DNA from: Eledone cirrhosa
Lineage: Eukaryota
Reading direction: 5' to 3'
Assembly: GCA_964016885.1 (NCBI GenBank)
Contig: OZ024748.1
Coordinates: forward strand, 32,550,001 to 32,614,000
Length of the DNA stretch: 64,000 nt
The notes under the pieces are model-generated. The model did no database searches. It worked only from the letters and a program-made list of their open reading frames with translations, and had not been told where the DNA came from. Position 1 is the stretch's first letter; every line of letters begins with the position of its first letter. The translations under genes were made by a program, and so were the position numbers. Shown here in pieces: positions 15,001 through 33,000 of the stretch.

Positions 15001-18000
15001 AAACTGGTTATATATTATACACTGCTAAATGTAATACTATACCTCTAAACTGGTTATATATTACACACTGCTAAAAGTAATACTATACTTCTAAACTGGT
15101 TATATATTACACACTGCTAAAGGTAATACTATACTTCTGAACAGGTTATATATTACACACTGTTAAAAGTAATACAATACTTCTAAACTGGTTATATATT
15201 ACGCACTGCTAAAAGTAATACTTTACTTCTAAACTGATTATATATTACATGCCGCTAAAAGTAATACTATACTTCTAAATTAGTTATATCTTACACACTG
15301 CTAAAAGTAATACTATACTTCTAAACAGGTTATATATTACACACTGCTAAAAGTAATACTATACTTCTAAACTGCTCATATACTACATGCTTCTAAAGGT
15401 AAAATAATACTTCTAAACTGGTTATATATTACACACTGCTAAAAGTAATACTATACTTCTAAACTGGTTACATATTACACACTGTTAAAAGTAATACTAT
15501 ACTTCTAAACTGGTAATATATTACGCACTGCTAAAAGTAATACTATAGTTCTAAATTAGGTATATATTACACACTGCTAAAAGTAATAGTATATCTCTAA
15601 ACTGGTTATATATTACACACTTCTAAAAGTAATACTATACTTCTAGACAGGTTATATATTACATACTGCTAAACGTAATACTATACTTCTAAATTAGGTA
15701 TATATTACACACTGCTAAAAGTAATATTATACTTCTAAACTGGTTATATATTACACACGTCTAAAAGTAATACTATACTTCTAAACTGCTTATATACTAC
15801 ATGCTTCTAAAAGTAATATAATACTTCTAAACTGGTTATATATTACACACTGTTAAAAGTAATACTATACTTCTAAACTGGTTATATATTACACACTGTT
15901 AAAAGTAATACTATACTTCTAAACTGGTAATATATTACGCACTGCTAAAAGTAATACTATAGTTCTAAATTAGGTATATATTACACACTGCTAAAAGTAA
16001 TAGTATATCTCTAAACTGGTTATATATTACACACTATTAAAAGTAATAATATACTTCTAAACTGGTTATATATTACACATTGCTAAAAGTAATACTATAC
16101 TTCTAAACTGGTTATATATTACACACTACTAAATGTAATAGTATACTTCTAAACTGGTTATATATTACACACTGCTAAAAGTAATACTATACTTCTAAAC
16201 TGGTTATATATTACACACTGCTAAAGGTAATACTATACTTCTAAACTGGTTATATATTACACACTGTTAAAAGTAATACTATACTTCTAAACTGGTTATA
16301 TATTACGCACTGCTAAAAGTAATCCTATACTTCTAAACTGAATATATATAACATGCCGCTAAAAGTAATACATTACTTCTAAACTGGTTATATATTACAC
16401 ACTGATAAAAGTAATACTATTCTTCTAAATTAGGTATATATTACACACTGCTAAAAGTAATACTATACTTCTAAACAGGTTATATATTACACACTGCTAA
16501 ACGTAATACTTTAACTCTAAACTGGTTATATATTACACACTGCTAAAAGAAATACTATACTTCTAAACTGGTTATATATTACACACTGCTAAAAGTAATA
16601 CTATACCTCGAAACTGGTTATATATTACACACTGCTAAAAGTAATACTATACTTCTATACTGGTTATATATTACATGCTGCTAAAAGTGATACTATACTT
16701 CTAAACTGATTATATACTACATGCTTCTAAAAGTAATACTATAGTTCTAAACTGGTTATATATTACACACTGCTAAAAGTAATACTATACTTCTAAACTG
16801 GTTATATATTACACACTGCTAAAGGTAATACTATACTTCTAAACTGGTTATATATTACACACTGTTAAAAGTAATACTATACTTCTAAACTGGTTATATA
16901 TTACGCACTACTAAAAGTAATACTATACTTCTAAACTGAATATATATAACATGCCGCTAAAAGTAATACATTACTTCTAAACTGGTTATATATTACACAC
17001 TGATAAAAGTAATACTATTCTTCTAAATTAGGTATATATTACACACTGCTAAAAGTAATACTATACTTCTAAACAGGTTATATATTACACACTGCTAAAC
17101 GTAATACTTTAACTCTAATCTGGTTATATATTACACACTGCTAAAAGTAATACTATACTTCTAAACTGGTTATATATTACACACTGCTAAAAGTAATACT
17201 ATACCTCGAAACTGGTTATATATTACACACTGCTAAAAGTAATACTATACTTCTATACTGGTTATATATTACATGCTGCTAAAAGTGATACTATACTTCT
17301 AAACTGATTATATACTACATGCTTCTAAAAGTAATACTATAGTTCTAAACTGGTTATAAATACACACTGCTAAAAGTAATACTATACTTCTAAACTGGTT
17401 ATATATTACACACTGCTAAAAGTAATACTATACTTCTAAACAGGTTATATATTACACACTGCTAAAAGTAATACTATACTTCTAAACTGGTTATATATTA
17501 CACACTTCTAAAAGTAATACTATACTTCCAGACAGGTTATATATTACATACTGCTTAACGTAATACTATACTTCTAAACTGGTTATATACTACATGCTGC
17601 TAAAAGTAATACTATACTTCTAAACTGGTTATATATTACACCCTGCTAAAAGTAATACTATACTTCTAAACTAGTTATATATTACATGCTGCTAAAAGTA
17701 ATACTATACTTCTTAACAGGTTATATATTACACACTGCTAAAAGTAATACTATACTTCTAAACAGGTTATATATTACACACTGCTAAACGTAATACTTTA
17801 ACTCTAAACTGGTTATATATTACACACTGCTAAAAGTAATACTATACTTCTAAACTGGTTATATAGTACACACTGCTAAAAGTAATACTATACCTCGAAA
17901 CTGGTTATATATTACACACTGCTAAAAGTAATACTATACTTCTATACTGGTTATATATTACATGCTGCTAAAAGTGATACTATACTTCTAAACTGATTAT

Positions 18001-21000
18001 ATACTACATGCTTCTAAAAGCAATACTATAGTTCTAAACTGGTTATATATACACACTGCTAAAAGTAATACTATACTTCTAAACTGGTTATATATTACAC
18101 ACTGCTAAAAGTAATACTATACTTCTAAACAGGTTATATATTACACACTGCTAAAAGTAATACTATACTTCTAAACTGGTTATATATTACAAACTTCTAA
18201 AAGTAATACTATACTTCCAGACAGGTTATATATTACATACTGCTAAACGTAATACTATACTTCTAAACTGGTTATATACTACATGCTGCTAAAAGTAATA
18301 CTATACTTCTAAACTGGTTATATATTACACCCTGCTAAAAGTAATACTATACTTCTAAACTAGTTATATATTACATGCTGCTAAAAGTAATACTATACTT
18401 CTTAACAGGTTATATATTACACACTGCTAAAAGTAATACTATACTTCTAAACAGGTTATATATTACACACTGCTAAACGTAATACTTTAACTCTAAACTG
18501 GTTATATATTACACACTGCTAAAAGTAATACTATACTTCTAAACTGGTTATATATTACACACTGCTAAAAGTAATACTATACCTCGAAACTGGTTATATA
18601 TTACACACTGCTAAAAGTAATACTCTACTTCTATACTGGTTATATATTACATGCTGCTAAAAGTGATACTATACTTCTAAACTGATTATATACTACATGC
18701 TTCTAAAAGTAATACTATAGTTCTAAACTGGTTATATATTACACACTGCTAAAAGTAATACTATACTTCTAAACTGGTTATATATTACACACTGCTAAAA
18801 GTAATTCTATACTTCTAAACTGCTTATATATTACACACTGCTAAAAGTAATACTATACCTCTAAACTGGTTATATATTACACACTGCTAAAAGTAATACT
18901 ATACTTCTAAACTGGTTATATATTACACACTGCTAAAGGTAATACTATACTTCTGAACAGGTTATATATTACACACTGTTAAAAGTAATACAATACTTCT
19001 AAACTGGTTATATATTACGCACTGCTAAAAGTAATACTTTACTTCTAAACTGATTATATATTACATGCCGCTAAAAGTAATACTATACTTCTAAATTAGT
19101 TATATCTTACACACTGCTAAAAGTAATACTATACTTCTAAACAGGTTATATATTACACACTGCTAAAAGTAATACTATACTTCTAAACTGCTCATATACT
19201 ACATGCTTCTAAAGGTAAAATAATACTTTTAAAATGGTTATATATTACACACTGCTAAAAGTAATACTATACTTCTAAACTGGTTATATATTACACAGTG
19301 TTAAAAGTAATACTATACTTCTAAACTGGTTATATATTACGCACTGCTAAAAGTAATACTATAGTTCTAAATTAGGTATATATTACACACTGCTAAAAGT
19401 AATAGTATATCTCTAAACTGGTTATATATTACACACTTCTAAAAGTAATACTATACTTCTAGACAGGTTATATATTACATACTGCTAAACGTAATACTAT
19501 ACTTCTAACTTAGGTATATATTACACACTGCTAAATGTAATATTATACTTCTAAACTGGTTATATATTACACACGTCTAAAAGTAATACTATACTTCTAA
19601 ACTGCTTATATACTACATGCTTCTAAAAGTAATATAATACTTCTAAACTGGTTATATATTACACACTGTTAAAAGTAATAATATACTTCTAAACTGGTTA
19701 TATATTACACATTGCTAAAAGTAATACTATACTTCTAAACTGGTTATATATTACACACTGCTAAATGTAATAGTATACTTCTAAACTGGTTATATATTAC
19801 ACACTGCTAAAAGTAATACTATACTTCTAAACTGGTTATATATTACACACTGCTAAAGGTAATACTATACTTCTAAACTGGTTATATATTACACACTGTT
19901 AAATGTAATACTATACTTCTAAACTGGTTATATATTACGCACTGCTAAAAGTAATACTATACTTCTAAACTGAATATATATAACATGCCGCTAAAAGTAA
20001 TACATTACTTCTAAACTGGTTATATATTACACACTGATAAAAGTAATACTATTCTTCTAAATTAGGTATATATTACACACTGCTAAAAGTAATACTATAC
20101 TTCTAAACAGGTTATATATTACACACTGATAAACGTAATACTTTAACTCTAAACTGGTTATATATTACACACTGCTAAAAGTAATACTATACTTCTAAAC
20201 TGGTTATGTTTTACACACTGCTAAAAGTAATACTAAACCTCGAAACTGGTTATATATTACACACTGCTAAAAGTAATACTATACTTCTATACTGGTTATA
20301 TATTACATGCTGCTAAAAGTGATACTATACTTCTAAACTGATTATATACTACATGCTTCTAAAAGTAATACTATAGTTCTAAACTGGTTATATATTACAC
20401 ACTTCTAAAAGTAATACTATACTTCTAAACTGGTTATATATTACACACTGCTAAAGGTAATACTATACTTCTAAACTGGTTATATATTACACACTGTTAA
20501 AAGTAATACTATACTTCTAAACTGGTTATATATTACGCACTGCTAAAAGTAATACTATACTTCTAAACTGAATATATATAACATGCCGCTAAAAGTAATA
20601 CATTACTTCTAAACTGGTTATATATTACACACTGATAAAAGTAATACTATTCTTCTAAATTAGGTATATATTACACACTGCTAAAAGTAATACTATACTT
20701 CTAAACAGGTTATATATTACACACTGCTAAACGTAATACTTTAACTCTAAACTGGTTATATATTACACACTGCGAAAAGTAATACTATACTTCTAAACTG
20801 GTTATATATTACACACTGCTAAAAGTAATACTATACCTCGAAACTGGTTATATATTACACACTGCTAAAAGTAATACTATACTTCTATACTGGTTATATA
20901 TTACATGCTGCTAAAAGTGATACTATACTTCTAAACTGATTATATACTACATGCTTCTAAAAGTAATACTATAGTTCTAAACTGGTTATATATTACACAC

Positions 21001-24000
21001 TGCTAAAAGTAATACTATACTTCTAAACTGGTTATATATTACACACTGCTAAAAGTAATACTATACATCTAAACAGGTTATATATTACACACTGCTAAAA
21101 GTAATACTATACTTCTAAACTGGTTATATATTACACACTTCTAAAAGTAATACTATACTTCCAGACAGGTTATATATTACATACTGCTAAACGTAATACT
21201 ATACTTCTAAACTGTTATATACTACATGCTGCTAAAAGTAATACTATACTTCTAAACTGGTTATATATTACACCCTGCTAAAAGTAATACTATACTTCTA
21301 AACTAGTTATATATTACATGCTGCTAAAAGTAATACTATACTTCTTAACAGGTTATATATTACACACTGCTAAAAGTAATACTATACTTATAAACTGGTT
21401 ATATATTACACACTGCTAAAAGTAACACTATACTTCTAAACTAGTTATATACTACATGCTGCTAAAAGTAATACTATACTTCTAAACTGGTTATATACTA
21501 CATGCTGCTAAAAGTAATACTATACTTCTTAACTGGCTATATATTACACACTACTAAAAGTAATACTATACTACTAAACTGGTTATATATTACACACCGC
21601 TAAAAGTAATATTATACGTCTAAACTGGTTATATATTACATGCTGCTAAAAGTAATACTATACTTCTAGACTGGTGATATATTACATACTGCTAAAAGTA
21701 ATACTATACTTCTTAACTGGTTATATATTACAAACTGTTAAAAGTAATACTATACTTCTAAACTGGTTATATATTACAAACTACTAAAAGTAATACTATA
21801 CTTCTAAACTGGTTATATATTACACACTGCTAAAAGTAATACTATACCTCTCAACTGGTTATATATTACACACTGCTAAACGTAATACTATACATCTAAA
21901 CTAGTTATATATTACACGCTGGTAAAAGTAATACTATACTTCTTAACAGGTTATATATTACACACTACTAAAAGTAATACTATACTTCTTAACTGGTTAT
22001 ATATTACACACTACTAAAAGTAATACTATACTTCTAAACTGGTTATATATTACACACTGCTAAAAGTAATACTATACTACTAAACTGGTTATATATTACA
22101 CTCTGTTAAAAGAAATACTATACTTCTAAACTGGTTATATATTACACACTGCTAAAGGTAATACTATACTTCTAAACTGGTTATATATTACACTCTGTTA
22201 AAAGTAATACTATATTTCTAAACTGGTTATATATTGTACACTGGTAAAAGTAATACTATACTTCTAAATCAGGTATATCTTACACACTGCTAAAAGCAAT
22301 ACTATACTTCTAAACAGGTTATATATTACACACTGTTAAAAGTAATACTATAACTCTAAACTGGTTATATATTACACACTGCTAAAAGTAATACTATACT
22401 TCTAAACTGGTTATATATTACATGCTACTAAATGTAATACTATACTTCTAAATTGGTTATATACTACATGCTTCTAAAAGTAATACTATACTTCTAAACT
22501 GGTTATATATTACACACTGCTAAAAGTAACACTATACTACTAAACTGGTTATATATTACACACTGCTAAAAGTAACACTATACCTCTTAACTGGTTATAT
22601 ATTACACACTGCTAAAAGTAATACTATACTTCTATACAGGTTATTTATTACATGCTGCTAAAAGTGATACTATACTTCTAAACTGGTTATATACTACATG
22701 CTTCTAAAAGTAATACTATACTTCTAAACTAGTTATATATTACACACTGCTAAAACTAATACTATACTTCTAAACTGGTTATATATTATACACTGCTAAA
22801 AGTAATACTATACCTCTAAACTGGTTATATATTACACACTGCTAAAAGTAATACTATACTTCTAAACTGGTTATATATTACACACTGCTAAAGGTAATAC
22901 TATACTTCTGAACAGGTTATATATTACACACTGTTAAAAGTAATACAATACTTCTAAACTGGTTATATATTACGCACTGCTAAAAGTAATACTTTACTTC
23001 TAAACTGATTATATATTACATGCCGCTAAAAGTAATACTATACTACTAAACTGGTTATATATTGCACACTGGTAAAAGTAATACTATACTTCTAAATTAG
23101 TTATATCTTACACACTGCTAAAAGTAATACTATACTTCTAAACAGGTTATATATTACACACTGCTAAAAGTAATACTATACTTCTAAACTGCTCATATAC
23201 TACATGCTTCTAAAGGTAAAATAATACTTCTAAACTGGTTATATATTACACACTGCTAAAAGTAATACTATACTTCTAAACTGGTTATATATTACACACT
23301 GCTAAACGTAATACTATACCTCTAAACTGGTTATATATTACAGACTGCTAAAAGTAATACTATACTTCTAAACTGGTTATATATTACACAATGCTAAAAG
23401 TAATACTATACCTCTAAACTGGTTATATATTACACACTGCTAAAAGTAATACTATACTTCTATACAGGTTATTTATTACACACTACTAAATGTAATACTA
23501 TACTTCTAAATAGGTTATATACTACATGCTTCTAAAAGTAATACTATATTTCTAAACTGGTTATATATTACACACTGCTAAAAGTAACACTATACCTCTA
23601 ATCTGGTTGTATATTACAAGCTGCTAAAAGTAATACTATACTTCTAAACTGGTTATGTATTACACACTGCTAAAAGTAATACTATACTTCTAAACTAGTT
23701 ATATATTACACACTGCTAAAACTAATACTATACTCATAAACTGGTTATATATTACACAGTGCTAAAAGTAATTCTATACCTCTAAACTGGTTATATAAAA
23801 CATGCTGCTAAATGTAATACTATACCTCTAAACTGGTTATATATTACACACTGCTAAAAGTAATACTATACCTCTAAACTAGTTATATATTACACACTGC
23901 TAAAAGAAATACTATACCTCTAAACTGGTTATATATTACATGCTGCTAAAAGTAATACTACACTTCTAAACTGGTTATATATTACACACTGCTAAAAGTA

Positions 24001-27000
24001 ACACTATACCTCTAATCTGGTTGTATATTACAAGCTGCTAAAAGTAATATTATACTTCTAAACTGGTTATATATTACACATTTCTAAATGTAATACTATA
24101 CTTCTAGACAGGTTATATATTACATACTGCTAAAAGTAATACTATACTTCTAAACTGGTTATATACTACATGCTGCTAAAAGTAATACTATACTTCTAAA
24201 CTGGGTATATATTACACACTGCTAAAAGTAATACTATACTTCTAAACTAGTTATATATTACACGCTGCTAAAAGTAATACTATACTTCTTAACTGGTTAT
24301 ATATTACACACTACTAAAAGTAATACTATACTTCTAAATTGGTTATATATTACACACTGCAAAACGTAATACTATACTTCTAAACTGGTTATATACTACA
24401 TGCTGCTAAAAGTAATACTATACTTCTAAACTGCTTATATACTACATGCTTCTAAAAGTAATATAATACTTCTAAACTGGTTATATATTACACACTGCTA
24501 AAAGAAATACTATACTTCTAAACTGGTTATATATTACACACTGCTAAAAGTAATACTATACTTCTAAACTGGTTATATACTACACACTGCTAAAAGTAAT
24601 ACTATACTTCTTAACTGGTTATATATTACACACTGCTAAAAGTAATACTATACTTCTCAACTGGTTATATATTACACACTGCTAAAAGTAATACTATACT
24701 TCTAAACAGGTTATATATTACACACTGCTAAAAGTAATACTATACTTCTAAACTAGATATATATTACACACTGCTAAAGTAATACTATACCTCTAAACTG
24801 GTTATACGTTACATGCTGCTAAAAGTAATACTATACTTCTAAACTGGTTATGTATTACACACTGCTAAAAGTAATACTATACTTCTAAACTAGTTATATA
24901 TTACACACTGCTAAAACTAATACTATACTCATAAACTGGTTATATATTACACAGTGCTAAAAGTAATTCTATACCTCTAAACTGGTTATATAAAACATGC
25001 TGCTAAATGTAATACTATACCTCTAAACTGGTTATATATTACACACTGCTAAAAGTAATACTATACCTCTAAACTAGTTATATATTACACACTGCTAAAA
25101 GAAATACTATACCTCTAAACTGGTTATATATTACATGCTGCTAAAAGTAATACTACACTTCTAAACTGGTTATATATTACACACTGCTAAAAGTAATTCT
25201 ATACTTCTAAACTGGTTATATATCACACACTGCTAAACGTAATACTATACTTCTAAACTGGTTATATATTACACACTGCTAAAAGTAATACTATACGTCT
25301 AAACTGGTTATATATTACACACTGCTAAAGGTAATACTATACTTCTGAACAGGTTATATATTACACACTGTTAAAAGTAATACTATACTTCTAAACTGGT
25401 TATATATTACGCACTGCTAAAAGTAATACTTTACTTCTAAACTGATTATATATTACATGCCGCTAAATGTAATACTATACTACTAAACTGGTTATATATT
25501 GCAAACTGGTAAAAGAAATACTATACTTCTAAATTAGGTATATCTTACACACTACTAAAATTAATACTATACTTCTAAACTGGTTATATATTACATACTG
25601 CTAAATGTAATACTATACTTCTAAACTGGTTATATAGTACACACTGCTAAATGTAATACTATACTTCTAAACTGGTTATATAGTACACACTGCTAAATGT
25701 AATACTATACTTCTAAACTGGTTATATATTACACACAACTAAAAGTAATACTATACTTCTAAACTGGTTATATATTACACACTGCTAAAAGTAATACTAT
25801 ACCTCTAAACTGGTTATATATTACATGCTGCTAAAAGTAATACTACACTTCTAAACTGGTTATATATTACACACTGCTAATAGTAATACTATACTTCTAA
25901 ACTGGTTATATATTACACACTGCTAAAGGTAATACTATACTTCTAAACTGGTTATATATTACACACTGTTAAAAGTAATACTATACTTCTAAACTGGTTA
26001 TATATTACGCACTGCTAAACGTAATACTATAACATTAAACTGGTTATATATTACACACTGCTAAAAGTAATACTATGCTTCTAAACTGGTTATATATTAG
26101 ACACTGCTAAAAGTAATTCTATACTTCTAAACTTGTTATATATTACACACTGCTAAAAGTAATACAATACCTCTAAACTGGTTATATATTACACACTGCT
26201 AAAAGTAATACTATACTTCTATACAGGTTATTTATTACATGCTGCTAAAATTGATACTATACTTCTAAACTGGTTATATATTACACACTGCTAAAAGTAA
26301 TTCTATACTTCTAAACTGGTTATATATTATACACTGCTAAAAGTAATACTATACTTCTAAACTGGTTATATATTACACACTGTTAAAGTAATACTATACT
26401 TCTAAACTGGTTATATATTACAGACTGCTAAAGGTAATACTATACTTCTGAACAGGTTATATGTTACACACTGTTAAAAGTAATACAATACTTCTAAACT
26501 GGTTATATATTACGCACTGCTAAAAATAATACTTTACTTCTAAACTGCTCATATACTACATGCTTCTAAAAGTAAAATAATACTTCTAAACTGGTTATAT
26601 ATTATACACTGCTAAAAGTAATACTATACTTCTAAACTGGTTATATATTACACACTGCTAAAAGTAATACTATACTTCTAAACTGGTTATATATTACGCA
26701 CTGCTAAACGTAATACTATACCTCTAATCTGGTTATATATTACACACTGCTAAAAGTAATACTATACTTCTAAACTGGTTATATATGACACACTGCTAAA
26801 AGTAATTCTATACCTCTAAACTGGTTATATATTACACACTGCTAAAAGTAATACTATACCTCTAAACTGGTTATATATTACACACTACTAAATGTAATAC
26901 TATACTTATAAATTGGTTATATACTACATGCTTCTAAAAGTAATACTATACTTCTAAACTGGTTATATATTACACACTGCTAAAAATAACACTATACCTC

Positions 27001-30000
27001 TAAACTGGTTGTATATTACATGCTGCTAAATGTAATACTATACTTCTAAACTGGTTATATATTACACACTGCTAAAAGTAATACTATACTTCTAAACTGC
27101 TTATATACTACATGCTTCTAAAAGTAGAATAATACTTCTAAACTGGTTATATATTACACACTGCTAAAAGTAATACTATACCTCTAAACTGGTTATATAT
27201 TACATGCTGCTAAAGGAAATACTATACTTCTAAACTGGTTATATATTACACACTGTTAAAAGTAATACTATACTTCTAAACTGGTTATATACTACACACT
27301 GCCAAAAGTAATACTATACTTCTTAACTGGTTATATATTACAAACTGCTAAAAGTAATACTATACTTCTAAACTGGTTATATATTACACACTACTAAAAG
27401 TAATACTATACTTCTTAACTGGTTATATATTACAAACTGCTAAAAGTAATACTATACTTCTAAACTGGTTATATATTACACACTACTAAAAGTAATACTA
27501 TACTTCTAACCTGGTTATATATTACACACTGCTAAAAGTAATACTATACTTCTAAACTGCTTATATACTACATGCTTCTAAAAGTAAAATAATACTTCTA
27601 AACTGGTTATATATTACACACTGCTAAAAGTAATACTATACTTCTAAACTGGTTATATATTACACACTGCTAAAAGTAATACTATACTTCTAAACTGGTT
27701 ATATATTACACACTGCTAAAGGTAATACTATACTTCTTAACTGGTTATATATTACACACTGCTAAAAGTAATACTATACTTCTATACAGGTTATTTATTA
27801 CACACTACTAAATGTAATACTATACTTATAAATTGGTTATATACTACATGCTTCTAAAAGTAATACTATACTTCTAAACTGGTTATATATTACACACTGC
27901 TAAAAATAACACTATACCTCTAAACTGGTTGTATATTACATGCTGCTAAATGTAATACGATACTTCTAAACTGGTTATATATTACACACTGCTAAAAGTA
28001 ATACTATACTTCTAAACTGCTTATATACTACATGCTTCTAAAAGTAGAATAATACTTCTAAACTGGTTATATATTACACACTGCTAAAAGTAATACTATA
28101 CCTCTAAACTGGTTATATATTACATGCTGCTAAAAGTAATACTACACTTCTAAACTGGTTATATATTACACACTGCTAAAAGTAATACTATACTTCTAAA
28201 CTGGTTATATATTACACACTGCTAAAGGAAATACTATACTTCTAAACTGGTTATATATTACACACTGTTAAAAGTAATACTATACTTCTAAACTGGTTAT
28301 ATATTACGCACTGCTTAACGTAATACTATAACACTAAACTGGTTATATATTACACACTGCTAAAAGTAATACTATGCTTCTAAACTGGTTATATATTACA
28401 CACTGCTAAAAGTAATACTATACTTCTAAACTGCTTATATACTACATGCTTCTAAAAGTAAAATAATACTTCTAAACTGGTTATATATTACACACTGCGA
28501 AAAGTAATACTATACTTCTAAACTGGTTATATATTACACACTGCTAAAAGTAATACTATACCTCTAAACTGGTTATATATTACATGCTGCTAAAAGTAAT
28601 ACTACACTTCTAAACTGTTTATATATTACACTGCTAAAAGTAATACTATACTTCTAAACTGGTTATATATTACACACTGCTAAAGGTAATACTATACTTC
28701 TAAACTGGTTATATATTAAACACTGTTAAAAGTAATACTATACTTCTAAACTGGTTATATATTATACACTGCTAAAAGTAATACTATACCTCTAAACTGG
28801 TTATATATTACACACTGCTAAAAGTAATACTATACTTCTAAACTGGTTATATATTACACACTGCTAAAGGTAATACTATACTTCTGAACAGGTTATATAT
28901 TACACACTGTTAAAAGTAATACAATACTTCTAAACTGGTTATATATTACGCACTGCTAAAAGTAATACTTTACTTCTAAACTGATTATATATTACATGCC
29001 GCTAAAAGTAATACTATACTACTAAACTGGTTATATATTGCACACTGGTAAAAGTAATACTATACTTCTAAATTAGTTATATCTTACACACTGCTAAAAG
29101 TAATACTATACTTCTAAACAGGTTATATATTACACACTGCTAAAAGTAATACTATACTTCTAAACTGCTCATATACTACATGCTTCTAAAGGTAAAATAA
29201 TACTTCTAAACTGGTTATATATTACACACTGCTAAAAGTAATACTATACTTCTAAACTGGTTATATATTACACACTGCTAAACGTAATACTATACCTCTA
29301 CACTGGTTATATATTACAGACTGCTAAAAGTAATACTATACTTCTAAACTGGTTATATATTACACAATGCTAAAAGTAATACTATACCTCTAAACTGGTT
29401 ATATATTACACACTGCTAAAAGTAATACTATACTTCTATACAGGTTATTTATTACACACTACTAAATGTAATACTATACTTCTAAATAGGTTATATACTA
29501 CATGCTTCTAAAAGTAATACTATATTTCTAAACTGGTTATATATTACACACTGCTAAAAGTAACACTATACCTCTAATCTGGTTGTATATTACAAGCTGC
29601 TAAAAGTAATACTATACTTCTAAACTGGTTATGTATTACACACTGCTAAAAGTAATACTATACTTCTAAACTAGTTATATATTACACACTGCTAAAACTA
29701 ATACTATACTCATAAACTGGTTATATATTACACAGTGCTAAAAGTAATTCTATACCTCTAAACTGGTTATATAAAACATGCTGCTAAATGTAATACTATA
29801 CCTCTAAACTGGTTATATATTACACACTGCTAAAAGTAATACTATACCTCTAAAGTAGTTATATATTACACACTGCTAAAAGAAATACTATACCTCTAAA
29901 CTGGTTATATATTACATGCTGCTAAAAGTAATACTACACTTCTAAACTGGTTATATATTACACACTGCTAAAAGTAACACTATACCTCTAATCTGGTTGT

Positions 30001-33000
30001 ATATTACAAGCTGCTAAAAGTAATATTATACTTCTAAACTGGTTATATATTACACATTTCTAAATGTAATACTATACTTCTAGACAGGTTATATATTACA
30101 TACTGCTAAAAGTAATACTATACTTCTAAACTGGTTATATACTACATGCTGCTAAAAGTAATACTATACTTCTAAACTGGGTATATATTACACGCTGCTA
30201 AAAGTAATACTATACTTCTTAACTGGTTATATATTACACACTACTAAAAGTAATACTATACTTCTAAATTGGTTATATATTACACACTGCAAAACGTAAT
30301 ACTATACTTCTAAACTGGTTATATACTACATGCTGCTAAAAGTAATACTATACTTCTAAACTGCTTATATACTACATGCTTCTAAAAGTAATATAATACT
30401 TCTAAACTGGTTATATATTACACACTGCTAAAAGAAATACTATACTTCTAAACTGGTTATATATTACACACTGCTAAAAGTAATACTATACTTCTAAACT
30501 GGTTATATACTACACACTGCTAAAAGTAATACTATACTTCTTAACTGGTTATATATTACACACTGCTAAAAGTAATACTATACTTCTCAACTGGTTATAT
30601 ATTACACACTGCTAAAAGTAATACTATACTTCTAAACAGGTTATATATTACACACTGCTAAAAGTAATACTATACTTCTAAACTAGATATATATTACACA
30701 CTGCTAAAGTAATACTATACCTCTAAACTGGTTATACGTTACATGCTGCTAAAAGTAATACTATACTTCTAAACTGGTTATGTATTACACACTGCTAAAA
30801 GTAATACTATACTTCTAAACTAGTTATATATTACACACTGCTAAAACTAATACTATACTCATAAACTGGTTATATATTACACAGTGCTAAAAGTAATTCT
30901 ATACCTCTAAACTGGTTATATAAAACATGCTGCTAAATGTAATACTATACCTCTAAACTGGTTATATATTACACACTGCTAAAAGTAATACTATACCTCT
31001 AAACTAGTTATATATTACACACTGCTAAAAGAAATACTATACCTCTAAACTGGTTATATATTACATGCTGCTAAAAGTAATACTACACTTCTAAACTGGT
31101 TATATATTACACACTGCTAAAAGTAATTCTATACTTCTAAACTGGTTATATATCACACACTGCTAAACGTAATACTATACTTCTAAACTGGTTATATATT
31201 ACACACTGCTAAAAGTAATACTATACGTCTAAACTGGTTATATATTACACACTGCTAAAGGTAATACTATACTTCTGAACAGGTTATATATTACACACTG
31301 TTAAAAGTAATACTATACTTCTAAACTGGTTATATATTACGCACTGCTAAAAGTAATACTTTACTTCTAAACTGATTATATATTACATGCCGCTAAATGT
31401 AATACTATACTACTAAACTGGTTATATATTGCAAACTGGTAAAAGAAATACTATACTTATCAATTGGTTATATACTACATGCTTCTAAAATTAATACTAT
31501 ACTTCTAAACTGGTTATATATTACATACTGCTAAATGTAATACTATACTTCTAAACTGGTTATATAGTACACACTGCTAAATGTAATACTATACTTCTAA
31601 ACTGGTTATATAGTACACACTGCTAAATGTAATACTATACTTCTAAACTGGTTATATATTACACACAACTAAAAGTAATACTATACTTCTAAACTGGTTA
31701 TATATTACACACTGCTAAAAGTAATTCTATACTTCTAAACTTGTTATATATTACACACTGCTAAAAGTAATACAATACCTCTAAACTGGTTATATATTAC
31801 ACACTGCTAAAAGTAATACTATACTTCTATACAGGTTATTTATTACATGCTGCTAAAATTGATACTATACTTCTAAACTGGTTATATATTACACACTGCT
31901 AAAAGTAATTCTATACTTCTAAACTGGTTATATATTATACACTGCTAAAAGTAATACTATACTTCTAAACTGGTTATATATTACACACTGTTAAAGTAAT
32001 ACTATACTTCTAAACTGGTTATATATTACAGACTGCTAAAGGTAATACTATACTTCTGAACAGGTTATATGTTACACACTGTTAAAAGTAATACAATACT
32101 TCTAAACTGGTTATATATTACGCACTGCTAAAAGTAATACTTTACTTCTAAACTGCTCATATACTACATGCTTCTAAAAGTAAAATAATACTTCTAAACT
32201 GGTTATATATTATACACTGCTAAAAGTAATACTATACTTCTAAACTGGTTATATATTACACACTGCTAAAAGTAATACTATACTTCTAAACTGGTTATAT
32301 ATTACGCACTGCTAAACGTAATACTATACCTCTAATCTGGTTATATATTACACACTGCTAAAAGTAATACTATACTTCTAAACTGGTTATATATGACACA
32401 CTGCTAAAAGTAATTCTATACCTCTAAACTGGTTATATATTACACACTGCTAAAAGTAATACTATACCTCTAAACTGGTTATATATTACACACTACTAAA
32501 TGTAATACTATACTTATAAATTGGTTATATACTACATGCTTCTAAAAGTAATACTATACTTCTAAACTGGTTATATATTACACACTGCTAAAAATAACAC
32601 TATACCTCTAAACTGGTTGTATATTACATGCTGCTAAATGTAATACTATACTTCTAAACTGGTTATATATTACACACTGCTAAAAGTAATACTATACTTC
32701 TAAACTGCTTATATACTACATGCTTCTAAAAGTAGAATAATACTTCTAAACTGGTTATATATTACACACTGCTAAAAGTAATACTATACCTCTAAACTGG
32801 TTATATATTACATGCTGCTAAAGGAAATACTATACTTCTAAACTGGTTATATATTACACACTGTTAAAAGTAATACTATACTTCTAAACTGGTTATATAC
32901 TACACACTGCCAAAAGTAATACTATACTTCTTAACTGGTTATATATTACAAACTGCTAAAAGTAATACTATACTTCTAAACTGGTTATATATTACACACT

